DNA from: Eledone cirrhosa
Taxonomy: Eukaryota
Direction of reading: 5' to 3'
NCBI GenBank assembly: GCA_964016885.1
Contig: OZ024741.1
Coordinates: 369,582,001 to 369,646,000 of the forward strand
DNA: 64,000 nt
Shown in pieces: positions 51,025-64,000 of the stretch. The notes beneath the pieces are model-generated. The model made no database searches. It had not been told where the DNA came from and saw only the letters and a program-made list of their open reading frames with translations. Position 1 is the first letter of the stretch; every line of letters begins with the position of its first letter. Made by a program: the position numbers and the translations under genes.

Positions 51025-53717
51025 ACCGGCTCCACGCCCGAACTGTACGGTCGTTACATTGACGACTGTATCGGAGCCACGACCCTCACCCGAGAACAGC
51101 TCGACTCCTTTCTCTCCTTCTTCTGCTCCTTCCACCCCTCCCTCCACTTCACCACCTCTATCTCCACCACCCACGTCCACTTCTTAGACATCTCCGTGGC
51201 CTTCGACCCCTCCCACCACTCCCTCGTCACCTCCGCCTTCTTCAAACCCACCGACTCCCACTCTTACCTCGACTTCACCTCTACACCCACACTAAACACT
51301 CCATTCCCTACTCCCAACTTCTCAGGATCCGCCGCCTCTGTAGCCGTGATGCTGACTTCGAGTCCCAGGCCCTTTCCCTAGTCAGCCATTTCATCCGCAG
51401 AGGTTACCCCCCTCTCTCGTCTACACCGCCCTCACCCGCGCCCGTGCTGTCCCCCGCTCCACCACCCTCACCCCACGCCACCGCACACCCACCCACCGTC
51501 TCCCCTTCCCCATCACATACCACCCCTCCACCTTACGCCGCCTCTTCCGACGCCTCCAGTCCGACCCCTCCACCTCCCACATCTTCCCAACCCCACCACT
51601 CCCCTCCTTCAAACGCTCACGCAATCTCCGCACCCTCCTCGTCCACAGCTCTCTACCCCCCAACCCACGCTCTGTTTCCCCCCCGGTTCCTTTCCCTGTT
51701 CTAGGCCCCGCTGCAACACCTGTCCCCACATGACCAACACCACCACCTTCCAGGGTCCCAACGGCCACTCTCTCTCGGTCCGGCATGCCTTCCGCTGCAC
51801 CTCCTCCAACCTAGTCTACGGACTTCGCTGCACGGAGTGAAGCGCGACTTATGTCGGACAGACGGGACGTCGCCTGGCGGACCGAGTCACGGAGCACCTC
51901 GGGGATATTCGTCTCGGGGGCAGTTCCCCCATCGCCCGCCACTTTGGTGGCCCTGGACACTCCGCACGCCATCTCACAGTCTGTGGCCTACTCCAGTGCC
52001 ACGGAACACCCGCCCATCGCCTTACGGTCGAACAACGAACTATCTTCATCTTACAGACCCACACTCCCCCCGGCCTGAACTCCCCACCCTTATTCCTTTA
52101 GCGTTCGACCTCCCCCCTCCCCCCACACTTATCCCCCACTAACACCACTAACACACCCCTCCTTTTCACCGCCCACCCCACACTAACAATACTAACACCT
52201 CCACTCCACCCCTCATCTGACCACCCTTCCCCAACTAACATACTAACATCCCTTCCCTCCCCTCTTCTCCTCCTCCCCCTCCTTATCACACGCACACACC
52301 CACCGGCACATATATACACGCGCTCACACTAAACACACACCCTACTACCACCACTAACCCTCACCCCCACACCTCTCAACCCCACACCTCCATCCCACCA
52401 CCCCGCAACTAACCTCACTAACACCCCCTAACCCCAAGCACACGAACACACGCACCCACTTACACCACCCACTCCATACGCAACTAACATCACTAACACC
52501 CCCAACCCCACGCACACGTACCCACACACCCTCGTACACCACCAACTCTACACACCCTACCACCACTAACCCCGACTCACACCTGCATTCAACCCCTCCC
52601 CACCTCCCGTATACTAACACCCACTAACACCTCTTCATCAAACTACACACACACCAGTACACCACACTCCCTCCATAGAACCACACACACCCTTCTCTCC
52701 CCACTCCACCCACACCCTCGCTCCACACTCACTCATCCCACTAACACCCCTACTAATACACACACACACACACACACCCTCCTCACTCCAACTTTCACAC
52801 CTACCCATCCTCGCCTCCTACCATTCCACTGACTGCTGCTGTGCCCTCTGGCCACCTCCCAGCACCAACAGACCACAGCACTCCCACTGCTGACCACTTC
52901 CTGTTGCGCGCGCACCCCACATCTCTCCTCTTCCGACCACCACTTCATGGATTACCCACACGCAGAATTTGACTTACAAACAATCTACTGAACATCCTTG
53001 GAACTTACCAACTTTTCAACCATCCTCTTGCGTAATCACCTATATAACTCACCCGCACACACACCCCCAACATTTTTTTTCTCCACACGCCACCCACACC
53101 CACAACACGCTTAAACCCCACACACACGTGCTTCCCACCACATATTTACACCCTCAGCCTCCTGATTCCTCTCCCCCCACCCCCTATCCACACACGCACA
53201 GACACTCCGACCCACAAAAACACCCCCCACACACACCCCTTCCTGAACATGCAACCCCGTTTTTCCCCCAACCCTTACTTTCACATACACACACACACAC
53301 ACCACCTTCAGCCCTCCCCGCTCGGACACCCCGTCTCCCTCTCCCTACTCCACCCGCCACCACCCCTACTCACCCCACACCCTTCCACCACCTGTTTACC
53401 CCCCTTTTAATTTCAGTTTATTTTGATCATGCCTTTATTTTTAAATTTTCTCATTCCTTGTATTTTGATCATGCTTTATTTTTATTTTTTTTATCTTTAT
53501 TTGTTTTTTTTTCATTCGCACCGTTTCCTTTCGCTATATGTCTCTCCACCACTCCCCTACACACCTTTTGAACTCTGTCCCCACACACTTCTCACCTGAG
53601 GAAGGGCTTATGCCCGAAACGTCGTCCCCCACCTACCCCCCACTCTCCTGAGCGTGAAATTAATAAACATTTATTGTACTGCCTCTCTGTTTTGTCCCTG
53701 TTCAAAAATTTTTTTCC

Positions 53718-53722
<5 letters not shown>
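51020..53722 (+). mobile_element. 5'-truncated C-rich PLE (Neptune-like) with ~1.5-kb 3' region and HHR; (TA)n on both sides
   Basis: [46 protein letters not shown] in broken frames 51020-52100. Confidence 0.9.
53592..53626 (+). ncRNA. Minimal hammerhead ribozyme
   Basis: CUGAGGA-agggc-uuau-gccc-GAAA-cg-UC; palindromic ACGU; weak helix I. Confidence 0.7.
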
Positions 53723-53771
<49 letters not shown>

Positions 53772-53772
<1 letters not shown>

Positions 53773-53842
53773 CTATATACTACTAAAACTCTGATCTTGA
53801 TTGGTTGCTTGCTTGCTTGATTGCTTGCTTGCTTGCTTGCAC
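53772..53842 (+). mobile_element. Non-autonomous Helitron 5' end
   Basis: A|TCTATATACTACTAAAA...gattggttgcttgc; similar to 57899-57940. Confidence 0.55.
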
Positions 53843-54084
53843 ACACTTTCTCTATATATATATGTTCATATTTGTGTATATACAGGCTGTCCCCCCAAAA
53901 GTGTATACCCACTTTGATTGCCTATACATGCATTATTTGTTAGGATGGTGTATACATTTTTAGGGACCCCGGTATTATTATATATATAAATATATATAGT
54001 GTCCCCGAAAAATGTATACACACTTTGATTACCTGTACAGGCAATATATATATTAGAATGGTGTATACATTTTTAGGGACCCCA

Positions 54085-54136
<52 letters not shown>

Positions 54137-54220
54137 TGTCCCCTAAAAATGTATACACACTTTGATTACCTGTACAGGCAATATATATATTAGAATGGTG
54201 TATACATTTTTAGGGACCCC

Positions 54221-54277
<57 letters not shown>

Positions 54278-54279
<2 letters not shown>

Positions 54280-54860
54280 TAAATCATGTCTTTAGAATCA
54301 TCAGATAATAAAATATATACTATTTCTTCTTCTAATTAGCATAATTAACCATATAAAAAATCAATCAGAACAGCTATAAGAATAAATGCTCTTATGGGGA
54401 AATCTCCGACAAATAACCGAACGTAGCCTCTTCGCGGCGGCCCCAGTCGGGTATTTATCCAACATTTCGACAGCATGTAGAAACTGACTAAATATACCAT
54501 CAACCATACACAATTAGTTGTAAAATTAAACTTAGAAGAAATTCGCACATACCGTAATTATATCTCTACCATGGTTTCTTCCTTATTTTGGACATCCAAA
54601 TAATAGGAATGTCCTGAGTTAGGAATCATCAAGAGACAAACTCAAAATCAGACATCTAGTTTTTCAATCCGATCCCGCCAAAATTAGATTAAAAAATGGC
54701 TAAAAATCGCTATGTGGCTGTGTTCAAGCCAGAGAGAAAGAATGTGATTGGCTGCTTACGGCGGGTAGGCTTGTTGCTAGTAAGCGCAGCCAAATATCGC
54801 CAAATTTAATCTCAACCTATTGGGAGATTATTAAATATAAAGGTTAACATATACATAAAG

Positions 54861-54912
<52 letters not shown>

Positions 54913-55479
54913 ATACTTTGGGAGGGTCATGTTGCCAATAAGAAACACACGCACCAGTTGCTTTCACTTCAATTTAATTTATTATATATTTATAAATTTA
55001 CAAATTTATAAATTTCTGGTTGGTTGGTTGGTTCCACAACCAGATAGTTGTTTATATATATATAGTCATAGTTCTTTCGTCACACACTCTGTGACCTCTC
55101 CAGTGACTGGGGATTTCTTTCTTCGTTTCTGTGCCTTTCTTTTCTTCTATCCTACGCCATTTTCTGAAAATGGCGTAGGATAGAAGAAAAGAAAGGCACA
55201 GAAACGAAGAAAGAAATCCCCAGTCACTGGAGAGGTCACAGAGTGTGTGACGAAAGAACTATGACTATATATATATAAACAACTATCTGGTTGTGGAACC
55301 AACCAACCAACCAGAAATTTATAAATTTGTAAATTTATAAATATATAATAAATTAAATTGAAGTGAAAGCAACTGGTGCGTGTGTTTCTTATTGGCAACA
55401 TGACCCTCCCAAAGTATAACAATATCGGTTTCAACACACGATTTCAGATAAAGAATCTTGCTAAACAAATTCAGAAACG

Positions 55480-55511
<32 letters not shown>

Positions 55512-55729
55512 TGCAACTGTTCACTTTTAAGCTCTATGAAGAATTGATAAATTAAAAAATCAGAGCATTATATCATAAATCATGTCTTTAGAATCATCAG
55601 ATAATAAAATATATACTATTTCTTCTTCTAATTAGCATAATTAACCATATAAAAAATCAATCAGAACAGCTATAAGAATAAATGCTCTTATGGGGAAATC
55701 TCCGACAAATAACCGAACGTAGCCTCTTC
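54278..55729. mobile_element. ORF-less element with ~155-bp terminal direct repeats, splitting the MITE array
   Basis: 54278-54433 matches 55574-55729; (TA)n on both sides. Confidence 0.7.
54905..55480. mobile_element. Palindrome of PLE 3' ends (260-bp arms, 1-nt centre at 55165) plus ~55-nt tail
   Basis: Arms match 61960-62212; HHR variant with CUGGAGA in both arms (55227-55233 and mirror). Confidence 0.92.
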
Positions 55730-56237
55730 GTATATATATATGGTCTCCCCGAAAAATATATACACACTTTGATTACCTGTACAGGCAATATATATATTAG
55801 AATCGTGTATACATTTTCAGGGACCCCGGTATATATATATATAATGTCCCCGAAAAATGTATACACACTTTGATTACCTGTACGCGCAATATATATATTA
55901 GAATGATGTATAAATTTTTAAAGACACCGGTATATATATATATATATATATGGTATCCCCGAAAAATGTAAACACACTTTGATTACCTGTACAGGCAATA
56001 TATGTATTAGAATGGTGTATACATTTTTAGGGACCCCGGTATATATATATGGTATCCCCTAAAAATGTATACACACTTTGATTACCTGTACAGGCAATAT
56101 ATATATTAGAATGGTGTATACATTTTTAGGGACCCCGGTATATATATATATGGTGTCCCCTAAAAATGTATACACACTTTGATTACCTGTACAGGCAATA
56201 TATATATTAGAATGATGTATAAAGTTTTAGGGACACC

Positions 56238-56294
<57 letters not shown>

Positions 56295-57010
56295 TCTCCC
56301 CGAAAAATGTATACACACTTTGATTACCTGTACAGGCTATATATATATTAGAATGATGTATACATGTTTAGGGACCCCGGTATATATATATATATATATA
56401 TATGGTCTCCCCGAAAAATGTATACACACTTTGATTACCTGTACAGGCAATATATATATTAGAATGGTGTATACATTTTCAGGGACCTCGGTATATATAT
56501 ATATGGTGTCCCCGAAAAATGTATACACACTTTGATTACCTGTACGGGCAATATATATATTAGAATGATGTATACATTTTTAGGGACCCCGGTATATATA
56601 TATATATGATGTCCCCGAAAAATGTATACACACTTTGATTACCTGTACAGGCAATATATATATTAGAATGGTGTATACATTTTTAGGGACCCCGGTATAT
56701 ATATATATATGGTGTCCCCGAAAAATCTATACACACTTTGATTACCTGTACATCAATATATATATTAGAATGGTGTATACATTTTTAGGGACCCCGGTAT
56801 ATATATATATATATATATGGTGTCCCCGTAAAATGTATACACACTTTGATTATCTGTACAGGCAATATATATATTAGAATGGTGTATACATTTTTATGGA
56901 CCACGGTATATATATATATATATATGGTGTCCCCGTAAAATGTATACACACTTGAATTACCTGTACAGGCAATATATATATTAGAATGATGTATACATTT
57001 TTAGGGACCC

Positions 57011-57059
<49 letters not shown>

Positions 57060-57256
57060 TGTCCCCGAAAAATGTATACACACTTTGATTACCTGTACAG
57101 GAAATATATATATTAGAATGGTGTATAAATTTTTAGGGACCCCGGTATATATATATATATATGGTGTCCCCGAAAAATGTATACACACTTTGATTACCTC
57201 TACAGGCAATATATATATTAGAATGGTGTATACATTTTTAGGAACCCCGGTATATA

Positions 57257-57295
<39 letters not shown>

Positions 57296-57898
57296 TGTCC
57301 CCGTAAAATGTATAGACACTTTGATTATCTGTACAGGCAATATATATATTAGAATGGTGTATACATTTTTAGGGACCCCGGTATATATATATATATGGTG
57401 TCCCCGAAAAATGTATACACACTTTGATTATCTGTACAGGCAATATATATATTAGAATGATGTATACATTTTTAGGGACCCCGGTATATATATATATATA
57501 TATATATATGGTGTCCCCGAAAAATGTATACACACTTTGATTACTTGTACAGGCAATATATATATTAGAATGGTGTATAAATTTTTAGGGACCCCGGTAT
57601 ATATATATATATATATGGTGTCCCCGAAAAATGTATACACACTTTGATTACCTGTACAGGCAATATATATATTAGAATGGTGTATACATTTTTAGGGACC
57701 CCGGTATATATATATATATGATGTCCCCGAAAAATGTATACACACTTTGATTACCTGTACAGGCAATATATATATTAGAATGGTGTATACATTTTTAGGG
57801 ACCCCGGTATATATATATATATGGTGTCCCCGAAAAATGTATACACACTTTGATTACCTGTACAGGCAATATATATATTAGAATGATGTATACATTTT

Positions 57899-58782
<884 letters not shown>

Positions 58783-59115
58783 GAATTTTTGCATATATAT
58801 ATATATATATATTTCGTTTCTGAATTTGTTTAGCAAGATTCTTTATCTGAAATCGTGTGTTGAAACCGATATTGTTATACTTTGGGAGGGTCATGTTGCC
58901 AATAAGAAACACACATCCCAACAACAACAGACACACAGACGCAAACAACAATAACAACAACACACACACCTACAACAACAACAATAACAACATACCCAGA
59001 AACAACAACAACAGACACGCAGACACAAACAACAATAACAACACACACAACAACAATAACACACACGGAGACAACAACAACACACATCAACAACAACAAC
59101 ACACACACACATTCA

Positions 59116-61812
59116 ATGCCTCTCACCACCACCATAATCTTAACAAACACACAGACACAGAAAACAAGTAATGACAGTAGCACAGAAATCACAGAAATAA
59201 GGGAAAGTAATAGGATTAAAAGGAGAAGGGAGACTAAGGACAAAGAAAATAACCAAGACGAACACACAGACACACAAAATAGGGTAGATAACAACAATGA
59301 GCCAGTGGAAAGAGACAGGAGTAATTATGAGAGACATAGAAACAACCATGAGGCTGTTGGTGGAAATAGACATAGAAACAACACAACTAACAATAACAAT
59401 AGCACTAGTACACATAAAGCAGCAGCCTGGAACACTACGTTTTATAATCCCTCCGATAAATCGTTCGACCTGCGACGAGTCCATGCCACGACTTTACCAT
59501 TTAACAAACGCACGCAATTGCCGTCGCAGGTCGATGAACAAACAGAAGCACAATTTAGTATAGCTAGATCCGAACTTAGAAATATTATAGAACAGTATAG
59601 CAAGAAGCATAATAGAATGGAGGCCCAGCAACTGGGAGAAAAATCTGCAAATGGCTTGCGTAAGCTCATGCAGCGCTCGCGTAATGGAGAGATAGCATGC
59701 TTTCCAACAGACAAGTCTGGCAGAATGTCGGTTGACAGCCTGCCAAACTACATCCAGGCAATGCAACCCCACATCACTAACACAAGAGAGGTAACACCAC
59801 AGGAGCATGAGGATAGAGAAAAAGCCCTCAATGCCCATATGGTGATGTGGACGAATATAATGCAGCCCAACAAAAGGACTGCCAACAACTTCCAGGCCTG
59901 GAACAATGACGTGCCGGCGTTGTATGGGCTTCGAAAAGACCATAAAACGGACAGTGACCCTGTCGCGGGACCACCAACACGGCCAGTCTGTGGAGCTAAC
60001 ATTGCTAGTAACTACAGACTGTCCTACTTCCTCTCCCTGATCATACGCCCCATCATTGAAATGTCCCCAGATGTATGTGACAGCACGGAGGACTTCCTCA
60101 GCAGAGTCGGCGTGAGTAACCGATCTAGGGACCTAACAAACTGCATAATAGGCAGTATGGATGTTGTGTCCCTGTATCCATCTATTGACGTGGATTTTGC
60201 TGTGGAGAAATGCGTAGAAATGATCAGTGAGAGCAAGGTTGAGTTCCGTGGGATTGATACCAGTGAGCTGGGACTCCTACTTAAGCTTACCTATAGTAAT
60301 AATTACCTAGACACATATGAACTTAGCAATCTGTGCCCTACAAGACCAGCAAGAGGCAGACCACCTACCATTACCTCAATCGCCAATAAAACCCACACAG
60401 ATAGATGGAACGGGTGGACCAGAGCCATACGGACACCCGAAAACCACGATGAACTGAAGAAAATGATTGCACATGCGGTAGGGGCCAGCATAAAACTAAC
60501 CCTTAAGGAACATATGTTCAAATTTAATGGAAAAACATATGCCCAAGAGGAAGGAGCAGCCATTGGTGTTAGCATTGCAGGCGACATAGCTAACTTATTC
60601 ATGGTATGGTGGGACAGTAGACTTAAACTTAAACTTAAAGAACAATTAGAAGAACCCTTAACCCTGATAATGTACTCCCGCTACGTTGATGATATAAACA
60701 TCGTAGTTAAGACACCCCCACTAGAGAACAGTCAGGAACTAGAGAAAAACACAATGGAAAGCATCCAGCAAATAGCAAACTCCATCCACCAGAGCATTAG
60801 AGTTACTATATACTACCCAAGTAAACACCCCAACCATCGATTACCTGTACTAGACACAGAGCTCTGGTTAGATACCATTAACAACAAAAAACAAATCCTC
60901 CATTCCCATTATGCCAAACCCATGACTTCCAAACATCTGATCCACCGAAACTCGGCCGTTTCGGACCATACCAAAATCAACATACTGATTGCGGATTTGG
61001 TACGGGTGATGAGAAATGTGTCCCGCATGTGCAACCCCGAAGAACTAGAGAGACACATACAACACTTCATCCACCGTATGCAGTTCTCTGGCTACAATCA
61101 GAGAGATAAAATCAGAGTGTATAGAGGAGCCAGAACCAAATGGGAAAAAATGGTAAATAATGACATAAATGGGACCTGCCCCTTGTATAGGAGCAAATTT
61201 TAGAATAGAATAGAAAGAACTAGGAACAAGGCTAATAGAATAAACTCATGGTATGATAGCAATAAATACCAGAGTGTAATGTTCATCGATACAACCCCTA
61301 GAGGTGAATTAGCTTACAAATTTAGAAGGACCCTAAATAAACATAAACTCAATATTAAGATAGTAGAAAGACCAGGTACCTCCGTAAAAACACTTATTAG
61401 CAAGACATACCCTTTTCAAAGACCCTCATGTATAGATAAGAAATGTATAACCTGTAAAATAAGACCCCATATTAACTGTAAAACTAGAAATGTAGTGTAT
61501 AGCATAAGATGTACTGAAGGACAATGTAGAGACAAAAATATAGTGTACATAGGTGAGACAGCTCGTAGTGTAGGGGAACGGATAAATGAACACTGGCGAG
61601 ACCATCAAGATAGTAAAGAATCATCTGTACTCTACCAACATGCTAAAATAGAACACAAGGGTAAATTAGAGAACATAGAAATAAAAATAGAATCTACACA
61701 CAGAAAAGACGCAATGTTTAGACAAATTACAGAGGCAATAAACATAAAAGAATTACAACCAAAATTAAATAGAAAATATGAGTGGAACAGCAACATCACA
61801 ACTTACAATTAA
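59116..61812 (+). pseudogene. PLE RT-GIY-YIG polyprotein with one in-frame TAG (61201-61203); true start not defined
   Basis: TDKSG, YGLRKDHK, RPV, DVVSLYPSI, QEEGAAIG, RYVDD, LPVLD, NVVYSIRC..YIGET; the paralogue at ~35942 has Trp at the TAG position. Confidence 0.92.
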
Positions 61813-62013
61813 GGACAAAATGAAAACACACACACACATAGAACAAACAACCAACCAGTAACATGTAAATAAACAAATAAATAAATGAACATAAACACAC
61901 ACAGACATCCGGATGTGGCGCATGCGCAGACTGAGCACACAACACACACAGAGAAACAAAACGGCGTAGGACAGAACAAAGGAGAGGCACAGAAACAAAG
62001 AAAGGAATCTCCA

Positions 62014-62056
62014 GTCACTGAAGAGGTCACAGAGTGTGTGACGAAAGAACTATGAC
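62014..62056 (+). ncRNA. Minimal type I hammerhead ribozyme
   Basis: guca-CUGAAGA-ggucacagagugugugac-GAAA-gaac-UA-ugac. Confidence 0.8.
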
Positions 62057-62230
62057 AATATATAAACAACTATCTGGTTGTGGAACCAACCAACCAACCA
62101 GAAATTTATAAATTTATAAATTTATTATCAATTTATTATAATAAATTGAAGTGAAAGCAGCTGGTGCGTGTGTTTCTTATTGGCAACATGACCCTCCCAA
62201 AGTATAACAATATATATATATATATATATA

Positions 62231-63436
62231 TTCTCCCCTACGGTATGCTATATTTTCTGTTGTTCTCCTGTCTCACTCGCTTTACGCGTTTTAATTGTCC
62301 TAATAACTTATTTTGGTTATTATTGCACCGAAGTGAGATATATGATTTTTAATGCAATGAAATATCTATGATCTTCGGCAAATCACTGATGAGGGACTTA
62401 TTTTATTACATGTTACCATGTGCTACCTGCAGTATTTTTCTCTATATTTTAATACATATATTTACCACTGCGATTCTGTGTTTTTTTCTCTCTCTCTTAC
62501 TGTTCCCCCATTCTCTCTGTTTCTCCCCCTCTGTCTTGTCCGTTAACTCTTCCTCACACTTTCACTCACTCACTGTTTTTCTCGCTCTTCTCTTCATTTC
62601 ATCCTGCACTCACGAACGCTATTTTTTCTCTCTCTGCTCAATAGCCTTCGTTCGTGTTGGTACTATTCTCTAAGCGCTCATATATTCACCTAACTTATGC
62701 TAAACAGAATAATTTTTGAAGCTTGTTTCTCCCCTACGGTATGCTATATTTTCTGTTGTTCTCCTGTCTCTCGCTTTACGCGTTTTAATTGTCCTAATAA
62801 CTTATTTTGGTTATTATTGCACCGAAGTGAGATATATGATTTTTAATGCAATGAAATATCTATGATCTTCGGCAAATCACTGATGAGGGACTTATTTTAT
62901 TACATGTTACCATGTGCTACCTGCAGTATTTTTCTCTATATTTTAATACATATATTTACCACTGCGATTCTGTGTTTTTTTCTCTCTCTCTTACTGTTCC
63001 CCCATTTTCTCTGTTTCTCCCCCTCTGTCTTGTCCGTTAACTCTTCCTCACACTTTCACTCACTCACTGTTTTTCTCCCTCTTCTCTTCATTTCATCCTG
63101 CACTCACGAACGCTATTTTTTCTCTCTCTGTTCAATAGCCTTCGTTCGTGTTGGTACTATTCTCTAAGCGCTCATATATTCACCTAGCTTATGCTAAACA
63201 GAATAATTTTTGAAGCTTGTTTCTCCCCTACGGCATGCTATATTTTCTGTTGTTCTCCTGTCTCACTCGCTTTACGCGTTTTAATTGTCCTAATAACTTA
63301 TTTTGGTTATTATTGCACCGAAGTGAGATATATGATTTTTAATGCAATGAAATGTCTATGATCTTCGGCAAATCACTGATGAGGGACTTATTTTATTACA
63401 TGTTACCATGTGCTACCTGCAGTATTTTTCTCTATA

Positions 63437-63443
<7 letters not shown>
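62231..63443 (+). repeat. ~495-bp non-coding tandem repeat, ~2.4 copies, flanked by (TA)n
   Basis: Units start at 62231, 62727 and 63221; near-identical. Confidence 0.95.
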
Positions 63444-63484
<41 letters not shown>

Positions 63485-63553
63485 AAAGTTCTATTTAAAT
63501 TGTTGGGATACAACAAGCAAATATTTTTATATCTGATATAAAGCACCCAACAA

Positions 63554-64000
<447 letters not shown>

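Larger units (their letters stand above)
58812..62212 (+). mobile_element. Near-complete PLE (RT plus GIY-YIG) with an inverted copy of its 3' end at the 5' side; (TA)n flanks
   Basis: 58869-58914 is the reverse complement of 62167-62212; HHR in the 3' region. Confidence 0.93.

Noticed and set aside
50317-51381. ORFs running through the TA tract and joining two PLEs
   Set aside because: Chance read-through of (TA)n between two unrelated, divergently oriented elements
61201-61203. Programmed readthrough between PLE RT and GIY-YIG
   Set aside because: The related copy has TGG at this position, so a point mutation is simpler
62368-63167. Duplicated 101-aa hydrophobic ORFs
   Set aside because: Products of pyrimidine-rich repeat sequence with no protein motif

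Overview
Repeat-saturated, AT-rich animal DNA, most likely cephalopod (Octopus-type tRNA-derived SINEs, dense (TA)n/(CA)n/(TATC)n/(GGT)n microsatellites; organism inferred, not verified). Most ORF-track entries are microsatellite artefacts. Supported content: two decayed hAT transposase genes; a head-to-tail triplet of an L1/Tx1-type LINE joined by (TATC)n, including one full-length copy; several distinct Penelope-like element (PLE) lineages, nearly all abutting (TA)n; Helitron, HINE-like and Tc1/mariner MITE pieces; SINEs; and a candidate first coding exon plus promoter of a host gene on the minus strand (44386-44445). The most interesting signal is an RNA-level system at (TA)n tracts. It comprises about a dozen hammerhead ribozyme (HHR) motifs, several with palindromic helix III and enlarged helix II; ORF-less 320-650 nt tandem units, the best carrying an intact HHR in each terminal repeat (retrozyme-like, 42442-43107); and a graded series of fold-back palindromes built from PLE ends. 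All family assignments are by motif recognition; no searches or folding were run.
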